A DNA stretch of 60,432 nt, the filler included. It is 5 parts of 5 records of this genome, joined end to end, with 100 filler letters (N's around TTAATTAATTAA, not from the genome) between each part and the next. Parts side by side here need not be neighbours in the genome. Positions count along the whole stretch, not along the records: positions 35,293 to 45,359 come from SRR31156797_26028; positions 45,460 to 51,668 come from SRR31156797_26044; 3 more parts are not named here. One strand, written 5' to 3'. How positions within the stretch are numbered: position 1 is the first letter of the stretch; every line of letters starts with the position of its first letter. Shown piece by piece: positions 39,967 to 50,191 of this stretch. The position numbers and the translations under genes are program-made. The notes under the pieces were generated by a model. It was not told the origin of the DNA, did no database searches, and saw only the letters and a list, made by a program, of their open reading frames with translations.

Positions 39967-40722
39967 TTGAATCATACAGCATTAATTATCCTCTTTATCA
40001 TATTTGCTTCAGGCTGTATTGATACAAGTACAAATAACGAATCCACATCCACTGTATTACCAGATGGACAAATAGAAACTTACAGCAACACCAGCACTGT
40101 AACACCAGATGTAGAAAATCAGAATGAGATCACCGATAATTCTAACGTTGCCATTGGTACAATGTCAAATATCACTCAATGGTTTTCTGAAAAAGATAAT
40201 AAGAATACTATTTACGCTCTTGTTGGAGATACCATTATAATTGAACTCGAAGAAAATCCCACAACAGGATATTCATGGAATATGAAACACAGTGAAGGAC
40301 TCGAACTTAAAGAAGACACATACTTCGCAACGAGTATAGATGCAGAACTGGTAGGAGCACTAGGTTCTCGTATGTGGTTCTTTGAGGTCACTGAAACAGA
40401 TGAGCAGGTTGTGTCCGGAATCTATGTGCATCCATGGGAAGAAGTTACAGGAACCGAAGACAGCTATGAACTGACAATCGATGTTGTTCCGGAAAGTGAA
40501 CTTATAAAGACTACTGGAACTGTGACGTACAACGACCTTGAAGGCGGATTTTATGGAATAGTGGGCACTAATGACACGAGATATGACCCGGTGAACCTAC
40601 CGGATGATTTTAGAATTGATGGAACGGAAGTCAGATTCACAGCTTATCCACATGATGATATGATGAGTTTCCACATGTGGGAACAGATAATAGAAATAAG
40701 GACTATTAGTCCGGTTTTATAA
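39967..40722 (+). CDS. Lipoprotein with protease inhibitor I42 (chagasin) domain and an additional C-terminal domain
   Basis: Lipobox-like ASGC, S/T-rich linker, GDTIIIELEENPTTGYSW, Y.HPWE. Confidence 0.85.
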   Translation: MNHTALIILFIIFASGCIDTSTNNESTSTVLPDGQIETYSNTSTVTPDVENQNEITDNSNVAIGTMSNITQWFSEKDNKNTIYALVGDTIIIELEENPTTGYSWNMKHSEGLELKEDTYFATSIDAELVGALGSRMWFFEVTETDEQVVSGIYVHPWEEVTGTEDSYELTIDVVPESELIKTTGTVTYNDLEGGFYGIVGTNDTRYDPVNLPDDFRIDGTEVRFTAYPHDDMMSFHMWEQIIEIRTISPVL

Positions 40723-40787
40723 GCAACTTGAAACTGAAAATATTAGAAATAAACAAGATTATTTGTTAATACTAAAAAGAGGAAACA

Positions 40788-41318
40788 ATGACAGCCAAAT
40801 CCAAAACTCTTTTAGTCCTCATAATCGTTGCAGCACTTCTGGGAACAGCTATCTACTTCATTCAGGTGAACTACTTCGACACCCAACAAGGAATCATTTA
40901 TTCAGATTATGGCATCAATGTTTCCGATTACAGGGAACTGGTTGGCTCTTCAAGTGATGTATTTACAGGGAAGGTTATCAAACAGGTTGACACGTCAACA
41001 GAACCACATTTGCGAACGTATTTCAGTGTAGAGGTCATAGAAACGATAAAAGGTAACGCTACTGGAAACGTCGTCGTAAACCAGCCAGGTGGATATGAGT
41101 ATATGTTCGTCTGGAAATATCTGGTTCTTGAGAAAGGAGATGAACTGCTGCAGCCGGGGGAACCCTATCTTTTTGTTACCAAAGGGGATGATGAAAGTGG
41201 GTACATCTTTGCTCCTACATATGGTAACCTTTTAATCGAAGACCAGGAGGATTACCAACAGAAGATGGCAAGATTCCAGAAAGCATTTGCAGAGGAGATT
41301 CCTTTTGAGTTTCCTTAG
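40788..41318 (+). CDS. Membrane-anchored/secreted hypothetical protein
   Basis: N-terminal TM, then a beta-rich domain (ELVGSSSDVFTGKVI...VEVIETIKG...LLQPGEPYLFV). GAGG RBS. Confidence 0.75.
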   Translation: MTAKSKTLLVLIIVAALLGTAIYFIQVNYFDTQQGIIYSDYGINVSDYRELVGSSSDVFTGKVIKQVDTSTEPHLRTYFSVEVIETIKGNATGNVVVNQPGGYEYMFVWKYLVLEKGDELLQPGEPYLFVTKGDDESGYIFAPTYGNLLIEDQEDYQQKMARFQKAFAEEIPFEFP

Positions 41319-41343
41319 CTACTACCATCATTGAGGTTTTCAT

Positions 41344-41529
41344 ATGAATACACAGTCAAGTAAAAAAACATCTCGATTTTTTGGAATAATAGCTTTCATA
41401 GCTGCATCCACTAATTTTTATCTAGGGGTGATTAAAGACAATTCCAGTTCGACACTACTTATTCTAACATTAGTTTTTCTCTTTCTTTCAGTCATTGCAC
41501 AGATATTTGAAAAAAGACATGAAGAATAA
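41344..41529 (+). CDS. 61-aa two-TM protein, orphan paralogue of 38567-38752
   Basis: 27/61 ungapped identities by manual alignment (SRFFG.IA, N.YL, KD, LL.LTL.F, KR). GAGG RBS. Confidence 0.75.
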   Translation: MNTQSSKKTSRFFGIIAFIAASTNFYLGVIKDNSSSTLLILTLVFLFLSVIAQIFEKRHEE

Positions 41530-41727
41530 AGAAGCTTCAACATTGTATCTTTAGCTTAATTTCTTTTCATTTCAAGCCCAGTTACAATAAAAATAATAGC
41601 TTGAAAGGTGGAATCTTAAAATATTTTATGAAATATCTTCTTCTAATTACTATAAGCGAAGAAACCTGAAAAGAGTTCAAACCAGAATAGAACTCAAAAA
41701 CAAAAAAAGATGAAAAAAGAAAGAGCC

Positions 41728-42621
41728 TCAAACGAGGTCTTTCAGGTGGAACTGGTACTTGCCGAGCTTTCCGCCGTAGTTTCCTGCGGTGATCTTTGAG
41801 ACACCAGGAACTGCGATAGCTGCTTCGATACCTGCCTTTGTTGCTTTCTGGATAGCATCCTCATCTAGACCGTTGATGACAAGCTCGTAAACTGCCTTTA
41901 CACCCTCTGGGATCTCGGTGCCTTCTACCTTGTCCCTGATGGATGGGCAGAACTTCTCGTTTGCAGTTGCCTTCATGAACTTGTAGTTGTTGAATCCTGC
42001 TTTTGAACCACTTGCAACAATTCCGCCTGGGAATGGAGTGATTGTACCTTCAAGGTCCTTGATAGCTTCTACTGCAACTTCTGCTGCTGTGAGTGCTGTC
42101 ATCTGGCTGTCTCCGAAGATAAAGAAGTTACCGCCTGCAATACCTGCAACAGCGCCGATGTTCTCTTCTACGAGGAAGTCGCCTTCCATGATAGGGATGC
42201 TGTACATCTTGCGACCGCCGACTTCTGTCTCGGATTCCATTCCGTCACCGAAGAACTTGAGTTTAAAGCCCACGTTGAACTGTTTCTCAGCATCTGGAAG
42301 ACCGTTGAAAACAGCTGTTGTTGGTGCTGTAAGCACACACTGACCGAGGCGCTCAAGTAACTGGTGCTCGAGTGATTCGTATCCGAAGGTGCAGATCTGG
42401 ATGTATACACCAGGTCTTCCGTCAGGAGTCTCGTCAGGACCAACGAACTTTTCAATACCTGCTTCTGCAGGACACATAATAACAGAGGTACCAAATCCGG
42501 TTGCTTCAAGTGCAGCTATCTCTGCCCAGCGTTTTGTTGCTGCGGTGATAAGCACTCTTGAAATTTTGATTGGAAACGCTTCTGCAAAAGTATCTTCGAT
42601 TTCTACTCCATTGATATCCAT
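41728..42621 (-). CDS. ftr: Formylmethanofuran-tetrahydromethanopterin N-formyltransferase
   Basis: [71 protein letters not shown]. Confidence 0.97.
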   Translation of the reverse strand: MDINGVEIEDTFAEAFPIKISRVLITAATKRWAEIAALEATGFGTSVIMCPAEAGIEKFVGPDETPDGRPGVYIQICTFGYESLEHQLLERLGQCVLTAPTTAVFNGLPDAEKQFNVGFKLKFFGDGMESETEVGGRKMYSIPIMEGDFLVEENIGAVAGIAGGNFFIFGDSQMTALTAAEVAVEAIKDLEGTITPFPGGIVASGSKAGFNNYKFMKATANEKFCPSIRDKVEGTEIPEGVKAVYELVINGLDEDAIQKATKAGIEAAIAVPGVSKITAGNYGGKLGKYQFHLKDLV

Positions 42622-42731
42622 AATAATCCCTTGTTTCAAGTTGAAATTGTAGCTGTGAACATATTACATGCCAAGCTAGCATTGCAGTAATACAAGACAA
42701 TTACAATACATATACTCTTCGAAAAGTAAGA

Positions 42732-44408
42732 TTATCTTCCACCGTATTTGCGATATGTCTTATCAAAGAGTGCAAACATTTCCCTGTCAATTTCCCTGTA
42801 TTTACCAATCTCAAAGATCGCTTCGTTAACAAAAATAGAGACTGGTTCTATATTTGAAAGGTTTGCAAAGCTCTTTGATGAACTTGCTGTTGATTCAACC
42901 ATCTGTTCCCTTATCGATATTTCACAAACCTCAAGGATTGCATTGACTGCATTTGAAGCCTGATCCTCGTGACTATTCTGTGCCGCAACCGTGCAGAAAT
43001 ATTCCATTACAGGGATTATCCTTGAGACCTTCTCATCGGAATGTTTCCTTGCGGCAACAACTCCTATGTCTTTTAGTGCTGCAGTAGTATCAAGGATCGA
43101 ATCTTTTCCAAAGATCTCCCCGATCTCTTTTAAGGCATCGATCACTTTATCAAGGCAATCATGCTTTTTCAGGTCAGGAGATTCATGAACGGTCTTTATT
43201 CCTATGTCCCTGAGTGCGTAGATGATGAGCTTTTTCAGGTGTTCCTGATCCTTATTGTCCACTGTGCGTGCAAACTCCAGAAGAACAGTTCTCACATTGT
43301 CCATGGTAAGTATGTCTGCATTTGATGCTGCATCAAGAGCTATCTTTTTCAGGAGTATTACTGATTTTTCCGTTGGCTCAAGCATATCTTTTTTTGCAGT
43401 TGCAATTCCGATCTGTCCGGTTGCTATTGCAAGTTTGTGCAGGGGTGTAGACACCATTTTGTTGGTGAGAATATCATTAAAATCTTTAAGGTTCTTTGAA
43501 TGCCTAATCAGTGACAGTTTGTCAAGAGGAAGGAAATGCTCTTTTTCCCTGTATATTTCAAAAAAGCCGGTCATATTGTCGATGGTATCAAGTGTGAAAC
43601 TTTCCATATCAGCATCAGCACATTGTTTTCCAGTGGAACCAAAGGCGTCTATAACTTCTATCAGGGCAAATCTGTTTTTTTCGTCCTCTGCCAGAATTGC
43701 AAGATGGTAAAGATGCTTATTCAGATGTTTGATAATGAGAGCCTTGTTTCCACTTGAAGCCAGAACCTTTGTGCACAATTCAGGAATCCTCTTTATACCA
43801 ACGGATGCAACGAAAAGATCCTTGTTTCTTATTGAACCACGAATGATATCTATTATGGGCTGAAGAGGATCAATATTTCCTTTTCCTGATTCCAGTTTCC
43901 GGTAGCTTTCGTTTACATCATAAATCTGGAGATCCCTGATGAATTTATCATAGTATGAAATTGAAGCTTCTTTTCTCAGGTATTCAGCCAGGAAAAAGGC
44001 CAGTACCGAGAGAATGAATGAATAAGCAAGGAGAAGAATCATACCGGCTGACCTGAATGTTCCAAGAAAGTGCATAATGGATGATGCAAGTGCAAACGTT
44101 CCGATGGTATAGGAGAACATATCGGTCAAAGAGTCTCTTTTTCCGGCAAGCCACAGAGAAGTATACCAGAATATTGCAAAACAGATACCAAGGATGATAT
44201 TATTCCAGAAGAAATCCATTTGCTGCCCTTTTAGCAAAGTTGCAATAAAAGCGAGCTGGATAACCAGTGCACCGATGGCAAGATCGGCACCTACATCCCT
44301 TAGATTGATTTTCAGGTAGTTCTTCACCAAAATGTCTGCAATAAGGAAGAGCGATATCACACCACTTATAAGGGCTGTGTCAACGATGTCTGGTATCAGG
44401 ATTTCCAT
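42732..44408 (-). CDS. Hypothetical membrane protein: ~5 N-terminal TMs and a helical (HEAT/ARM-like) repeat region
   Basis: Hydrophobic first ~145 aa, then recurring L..IG..A units (ALRDIGIK, ALKEIGEI, ALKDIGVVA). Confidence 0.75.
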   Translation of the reverse strand: MEILIPDIVDTALISGVISLFLIADILVKNYLKINLRDVGADLAIGALVIQLAFIATLLKGQQMDFFWNNIILGICFAIFWYTSLWLAGKRDSLTDMFSYTIGTFALASSIMHFLGTFRSAGMILLLAYSFILSVLAFFLAEYLRKEASISYYDKFIRDLQIYDVNESYRKLESGKGNIDPLQPIIDIIRGSIRNKDLFVASVGIKRIPELCTKVLASSGNKALIIKHLNKHLYHLAILAEDEKNRFALIEVIDAFGSTGKQCADADMESFTLDTIDNMTGFFEIYREKEHFLPLDKLSLIRHSKNLKDFNDILTNKMVSTPLHKLAIATGQIGIATAKKDMLEPTEKSVILLKKIALDAASNADILTMDNVRTVLLEFARTVDNKDQEHLKKLIIYALRDIGIKTVHESPDLKKHDCLDKVIDALKEIGEIFGKDSILDTTAALKDIGVVAARKHSDEKVSRIIPVMEYFCTVAAQNSHEDQASNAVNAILEVCEISIREQMVESTASSSKSFANLSNIEPVSIFVNEAIFEIGKYREIDREMFALFDKTYRKYGGR

Positions 44409-44469
44409 GCGAATATATTGTACATGTTTATTTATATATATATTGAAATTAAACCATATTAGCTAAAGT

Positions 44470-45359
44470 CTAGTTTCTACCAATAGATAACATTCTTGCA
44501 TTTATTGCTACTATAATTGTACTCAGGGACATCAGAACTGCACCGGCTGCAGGCGATAATAGTATTCCCTGCTGGTAAAGTACACCTGCAGCAAGAGGGA
44601 TTGCCAATGCGTTGTAACCTGTAGCCCAGAAAAGGTTCTGTATCATCTTGCCGTAGGTTGCCCCGGAAAGATCTATAATTGCCAGAACATCTATAGGATT
44701 GCTTTTTACAAGCACTATGTCCGCTGTTTCCACTGCAACATCGGTGCCTGCTCCAATGGCTATTCCGACGTCAGCCTGTGCCAGTGCAGGTGCGTCATTG
44801 ATACCATCACCCACCATTGCTACTGTAAGCCCTCTTTCCTGAACTTCCTTTATTCTGGATGCCTTTTCCCCCGGGAGTACTCCTGCAAAGTACTCATCAA
44901 GTTCTATCTGCCCGGCCACGCGTTCAGCCACCTGTTCCTGGTCACCGGTAAGCATTATGCACTTAATTCCCATTTCTTTCAGTTTGCCTACGGTTTCCTT
45001 TGACTCGGGTCTGACAATATCTTCCAGTGCAACGGCTCCAACTGCATTTCCATCAATCAGAACAAAGACTGTGGTTTTTCCCTGAATGTCTATATCTTTC
45101 AGCTTTTCTTCAGGATAACTGATATTTTCTTCCTTAAGGTATCCGGGACTAACAACTTGAACCTCTTTCCCATTAACCGTTCCCTGGGCACCTTTTCCTG
45201 CTATTGCACTGAAATTCTCAACATGGAAAATACCTTCTGAAGAGTCAATAATCGCCTTTGCTATGGGGTGTTCGGAGTTTGCTTCGATTGAAGCTGCATA
45301 TTTCAGTATTTCCTCTTTTTCGATGTTTTCATCGAAAAAAAAGACATCATTAACACCAA
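44470..45359 (-). CDS. Heavy-metal (Cu) translocating P1B-type ATPase, 3' part
   Basis: SEHPIAKAI, MLTGD, MVGDGINDAPALA, QNLFWATGYN, LMSLST. Truncated at the gap. Confidence 0.93.
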
Positions 45360-45459
45360 NNNNNNNNNNNNNNNNNNNNNNNNNNNNNNNNNNNNNNNNN
45401 NNNTTAATTAATTAANNNNNNNNNNNNNNNNNNNNNNNNNNNNNNNNNNNNNNNNNNNN
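45360..45459. other. Artificial contig spacer
   Basis: N44-TTAATTAATTAA-N44. Confidence 0.99.
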
Positions 45460-45460
45460 G

Positions 45461-46204
45461 TGGGGCGTCATTCCGATAATTAATGAAAACGACACCGTGG
45501 TTGTGGCGGAACTCAAGTTTGGAGACAACGACACCCTGGCCAGCATGGTCACGGCGCTGGTGGAAGCCGACCTTTTTATCAACCTGACCGATATGGACGG
45601 CTTGTACGACCGGGATCCCAGGTTGGACAGGGCCGCGCAATTTATACCGGTTGTGGAAAGCGTGGGGGCCAGAATAGAGGCCATGGCCAGCAGAATTCCG
45701 GGCGCCCTGGGCGCGGGCGGAATGTATACCAAGATCCTGGCCGCCAGAAGGCTGGCCCGCCAGGGCATCCCGTCCATAATAGCCAGCGGGGCCAGGCCCG
45801 ACACCCTGGTTCGTATCATGAACGGAGAACAAGTCGGGACGTTGTTCCTGCCCAGGGCCAAGACCATAAAATCCAGGAAAAACTGGATTGCCTTCACGGC
45901 CAAGCCCAAGGGCCGGATCATTATCGACGACGGGGCCAAAAAAGCCATTCTCGGCAACGGGAAAAGCCTCCTGCCTCCAGGTATCCTGGAGGTCAGGGAT
46001 GCATTCCACCTGGGCGACTCGGTCAGGGTCATTGATAAGCAAGGCGAGTTGGTGGCCGTGGGGCTGACAAACTATTCATCGGAAGAACTGGGCCATATTA
46101 TCGGCTGCCACACCTGCGACATCGAGGAGCGACTCGGTTACAAGCATTCCGATGAAATTATACATCGCGATAACATGGTTATCGGCAAGGACCTTGGTTT
46201 ATAA
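45461..46204 (+). CDS. proB: Glutamate 5-kinase, 3' part
   Basis: IPIINENDTV, FGDNDTLA, GGMYTKI, PUA domain, IIHRDNMV. Confidence 0.95.
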   Translation, partial: WGVIPIINENDTVVVAELKFGDNDTLASMVTALVEADLFINLTDMDGLYDRDPRLDRAAQFIPVVESVGARIEAMASRIPGALGAGGMYTKILAARRLARQGIPSIIASGARPDTLVRIMNGEQVGTLFLPRAKTIKSRKNWIAFTAKPKGRIIIDDGAKKAILGNGKSLLPPGILEVRDAFHLGDSVRVIDKQGELVAVGLTNYSSEELGHIIGCHTCDIEERLGYKHSDEIIHRDNMVIGKDLGL

Positions 46205-46377
46205 AGCGACTGCCTGAAAAGCAGTGTAATATCCGGCGGCCGGCGCAGGGGTTTGGAATTGCCGTTGTCGCCGATTTGTTTCTTAGACTTGCATTGCCAA
46301 AGTATTTAGACATTTAGTATACTGATAGATGCATGGTTCCAGGTGAGATTACTTCTAAATTTAATGGAGGTCGGGAC

Positions 46378-47634
46378 GTGGATGTTCACCAATTGATGGT
46401 CGAATTGGCCGCAAAGGCTAAAGACGCAGCCAGAAAGCTAGCCAGTCTGGATACAGAGACAAAAGACCGGGCCCTGTTGGGTTTGGCGGACGCTCTTTTG
46501 GAAAACAAGGATAAAATCCAGGCTGAAAATAAAAAGGATGTGGAAGCAGGCATTGAAAACGGGCTTTCCTCGGCCATGATCGACAGGTTGACCCTGTCGG
46601 ACAAAGTGATAGATTCCATGGTCCAGGGGCTCAAGGAAGTCGCGGCCCTGCCCGACCCGGTCGGAGAAGTAACAGGCATGACCTACCGTCCCGGAGGATT
46701 GCAAGTGGGGCGGGTTCGCATTCCCCTGGGGGTAATTGGCTTTATTTATGAATCAAGACCCAACGTCACCATAGACGCGGCCGCCCTTTGCCTTAAATCC
46801 GGCAACTCAGTTATTTTAAAAGGCGGGTCCGAAGCCATTAATTCAAACATGGTCCTGGCGGACGTCATGTCTGAAACCTTGTCCAAATACGGAACGCCGC
46901 CCGCGGCGATCCAGGTCGTGCCGACCACCGACCGCAAGGCCACCACGGAATTGTTATCCCTGGATGAACATGTAGACATCATCATTCCCCGGGGCGGCGA
47001 GGGACTTATTCGTTTTGTGGCTGAAAATTCGCGCATACCCGTGTTGAAGCATTATAAAGGCGTGTGCCATGTGTACGTGGATGAATCGGCCGAGCACGAC
47101 ATGGCGGTCGACATCTGCATGAATTCCAAGGTTCAAAGGCCAGGCGTATGTAATGCCGCCGAAACCCTTTTGGTCCACGAAGCAGAAGCGGACGGCTTCC
47201 TCCCCAAGGTCGCCAAAGCCCTGGAAGACGTCGGGGTAGAACTCAGGTGTTGCCCGGAAGCCCTGAAGCGACTGCCCGGCAGGAAGGCGGCCGAGGAATC
47301 GGACTGGCCCGAGGAATTCCTCGATCTGATCCTGGCCGTCAAGGTAGTAAGAGATATGGATGAGGCCCTCGATCATATCGATAAATACGGTTCAAAACAT
47401 ACGGACGCCATTGTCACTTCCGATTACGGCCGGGGAAGGCGTTTTGTGACCGAAGCGGATTCTTCCCTTGTCCTGGTCAATGCTTCCACCCGTTTCAACG
47501 ACGGCGGACAATTGGGACTGGGCGCCGAGATTGGAATCAGCACGTCCAAGCTCCATGCTTTCGGACCCATGGGCCTGCGTGAATTGACTACAACCAAATT
47601 TATCGCCTACGGAACAGGCCAGATCAGGAAGTGA
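46378..47634 (+). CDS. proA: Gamma-glutamyl phosphate reductase
   Basis: PLGVIGFIYESRPNVT, PRGGEGLI, CNAAETLL, NASTRFNDG, GAEIGIST. GGAGG RBS before GTG 46378. Confidence 0.97.
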   Translation: MDVHQLMVELAAKAKDAARKLASLDTETKDRALLGLADALLENKDKIQAENKKDVEAGIENGLSSAMIDRLTLSDKVIDSMVQGLKEVAALPDPVGEVTGMTYRPGGLQVGRVRIPLGVIGFIYESRPNVTIDAAALCLKSGNSVILKGGSEAINSNMVLADVMSETLSKYGTPPAAIQVVPTTDRKATTELLSLDEHVDIIIPRGGEGLIRFVAENSRIPVLKHYKGVCHVYVDESAEHDMAVDICMNSKVQRPGVCNAAETLLVHEAEADGFLPKVAKALEDVGVELRCCPEALKRLPGRKAAEESDWPEEFLDLILAVKVVRDMDEALDHIDKYGSKHTDAIVTSDYGRGRRFVTEADSSLVLVNASTRFNDGGQLGLGAEIGISTSKLHAFGPMGLRELTTTKFIAYGTGQIRK

Positions 47635-48311
47635 TGGGCGCTTCCGGGTTAAAACTCGGTCTTTTGGGAGGAACATTCAATCCAATCCACTACGGCCACC
47701 TTCGCGCGGCGGAAGAGGTCGTGGATTTATTTAATTTGGATAAAATGTTTTTCGTGCCTTCGGCCCGGCCTCCTCACAAGGAGGCCGCTCCCCTGGAAGA
47801 AATGGAACACCGGTTGGAAATGACCAGGTTGGCCATTGCCGATCGCCCGGGATTTATTATTTCCGATTTGGAAAATCGCAGGCGCGGTTTTTCTTACACT
47901 GTTGAAACTCTCCGGCAATTTCACGAAAGATACGGACCGGGCGTTCAACTTTTTTTTATTACCGGTCTCGATGCTTTTCTGGAAGTCGATTCCTGGAAGG
48001 AGTATCGCAGCCTTTTCAACCTGGCTGATTTCGTGGTCATTACCAGGGGCGGCGGCGAACCGGATGCCATAGCCGGTCTTCTAAAAAACAGAGTGTCGGA
48101 TGATTATGAATGGGATAAAGACCTGGAGGCGTTTACCAGTTCCGCGTATCAAACGGTTCACTTCAGAAAAATCGTCAGGCTCGACATTTCATCCACCGGC
48201 ATCCGGTCCCGGCTGGAAAACGGCCGAACCATAAGATACCTGCTTCCGGAAAACGTGAGGCAATATATAATTGATCATAATTTATACAAACAACCAACAT
48301 TAAGGAGGTAA
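47634..48311 (+). CDS. nadD: Nicotinate-nucleotide adenylyltransferase
   Basis: GGTFNPIHYGH, SYTVETL, FITGLD, ISSTGIR. Confidence 0.95.
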   Translation: MGASGLKLGLLGGTFNPIHYGHLRAAEEVVDLFNLDKMFFVPSARPPHKEAAPLEEMEHRLEMTRLAIADRPGFIISDLENRRRGFSYTVETLRQFHERYGPGVQLFFITGLDAFLEVDSWKEYRSLFNLADFVVITRGGGEPDAIAGLLKNRVSDDYEWDKDLEAFTSSAYQTVHFRKIVRLDISSTGIRSRLENGRTIRYLLPENVRQYIIDHNLYKQPTLRR

Positions 48312-48322
48312 AGACCCGCGAA

Positions 48323-48688
48323 GTGGAAGACAAGGCACGTCAGACCGCCGATCTTATTGTAGAGGCGGCTAAGAAACATAAAGCCTTTGACTTGGTGCTA
48401 TTAAAACTCAGCGATTTGACTTCGCTTACCGATTACTTTTTCATTTGCTCCTGCCGCTCCAGCCGACAAGTGCAAGCCGTTGCTGAAGACATAATTTTAA
48501 AAGTTAAAAAAGAAGGCAAAAAACGATCTTTGGGCGTAGAAGGCATGAACCAGGGCCAATGGGTTTTGATTGACTACGGCGATGTTATCGCCCATGTTTT
48601 TTACGAACCGGTCCGACAGATGTACGATCTTGAAAGTCTGTGGAACGAAGCTCCGAGGATCGAATTTGAAACCAGCATGAATGACTAA
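48323..48688 (+). CDS. rsfS: Ribosome silencing factor
   Basis: KA.DLV, DYFFICS, WVLIDYGDVIAHVF, YDLESLW. Confidence 0.95.
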   Translation: MEDKARQTADLIVEAAKKHKAFDLVLLKLSDLTSLTDYFFICSCRSSRQVQAVAEDIILKVKKEGKKRSLGVEGMNQGQWVLIDYGDVIAHVFYEPVRQMYDLESLWNEAPRIEFETSMND

Positions 48689-48724
48689 TATCAGTTGCTG
48701 ATTTATTAGTCCGGAGGTTCCTTG

Positions 48725-50191
48725 ATGGACCGTTCAGCCCGGCGCGGCCGATTTTTCGGGTGTATAGCGTTTTTGCTCGTCCTGACTCTCATCTGTCCTG
48801 CTAATTATGCCTGGTCCCTCACATATGAAGAAGAGCGAAAACTTGGTAAAAAGACTTATGAACTGATCAAAAGCAAGATGAAACTGGTCGATGACCCGGT
48901 CGTGAACGATTACGTGGACGGGCTCGGCCGTAAAATACTGGCCAACATTCCCAACCTGCATTTTGATTATCACTTTTCCGTAATCGATCACGGCGTGATC
49001 AATGCTTTTGCCACGCCGGCCGGGTATATCTACATTCACAGTGAAACCATAATGTCCATGACATCGGAAGGGCAGCTCGCCGCCATTCTGGCCCACGAAA
49101 TAGCACACGTGACCAGCCGGCACATTTCCGAAAGGATAGATAAGAGTAAAAAGCTTAACGTGGCCACGCTTGGCGGACTTTTGGCCGGCATCCTTTTGGG
49201 CGGCGCGGCCGGCCAGGCCCTGATGGCCGGAAGCATGGCCGGAGGCATACAGGCCCAATTGGCCTTTTCAAGACAGGATGAAAGGGAAGCGGATCATAAG
49301 GGTCTGGATTACCTGGTTGGGGCCGGGTACGATCCCCGGTACATGATCGAGGCCTTTTCCATAATGCTGAACAAGGCTTATGCTTCGTCGGATAGTATAC
49401 CGACTTACCTGACCACTCACCCGGGACTCAGCGACAGGATCATTACCGTAGAAGCCCTGATGTCGGGTAAGCCGCAATACAGCGCGGTTCGGGGCCGGGG
49501 CGACGACAAGGCCTTCCGGGCAATTAAAAACAGGGTGCTGGCCACGCTGTCCGATACAAACAGGGCCCAAAACTATTTCAATCATTTGCTCAAGAAAAAT
49601 CCCAATAGCGCGGAAGCCCATTACGGCCTGGGTATAATCGCCCTGCGCAAGCAGAACTACAATGAGGCGATCGGCGAGTTGAAGCTGGCCTTAAAGGCCG
49701 AACCTGCCAATGCCAGCTACATGGCCGACCTGGGGACGGTCCTGTATCATAAAAAAGATTACGACGGCGCTATTAAAATGTTGAGCCAGGCCCTGGTGCT
49801 CAGGCCTAAAAACACAACCGCGCTTTACTACCTGGGGCGGATTTATGAAGACAGGGGAGACGTAAAAAAAGCGCGCGAACTTTACTCCCGGCTGTTGCTT
49901 GAAAACCCGGATCACTCCGACGGCCTGTACCGCCAGGGTATGATTTACGGCCGCCAGGGAGACTTGGCCCGGGGCCACCTGCACACAGGCTTGCATTTCA
50001 AGATAGAAGGTCAATACGACAAGGCCCTATATCATTTGAAAAAGGCCAAGGAAAACGCCCGGTCCGCGCCCCCGGAAATCCAACGACGCATTGATGAAAC
50101 CCTGAGTCAAATCAAGCCAAAGAAAAAGGGTGAAAAGGATAAAAAAGACAAGGAATCCAGGGAAGAATCAGGTAAAGAAGCCGGGTCCTGA
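48725..50191 (+). CDS. M48 family metalloprotease with TPRs (BepA/YfgC-like)
   Basis: Signal peptide, INAFATPAG, AHEIAHV, FSRQDEREAD, THP, then TPR repeats. Confidence 0.9.
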   Translation: MDRSARRGRFFGCIAFLLVLTLICPANYAWSLTYEEERKLGKKTYELIKSKMKLVDDPVVNDYVDGLGRKILANIPNLHFDYHFSVIDHGVINAFATPAGYIYIHSETIMSMTSEGQLAAILAHEIAHVTSRHISERIDKSKKLNVATLGGLLAGILLGGAAGQALMAGSMAGGIQAQLAFSRQDEREADHKGLDYLVGAGYDPRYMIEAFSIMLNKAYASSDSIPTYLTTHPGLSDRIITVEALMSGKPQYSAVRGRGDDKAFRAIKNRVLATLSDTNRAQNYFNHLLKKNPNSAEAHYGLGIIALRKQNYNEAIGELKLALKAEPANASYMADLGTVLYHKKDYDGAIKMLSQALVLRPKNTTALYYLGRIYEDRGDVKKARELYSRLLLENPDHSDGLYRQGMIYGRQGDLARGHLHTGLHFKIEGQYDKALYHLKKAKENARSAPPEIQRRIDETLSQIKPKKKGEKDKKDKESREESGKEAGS

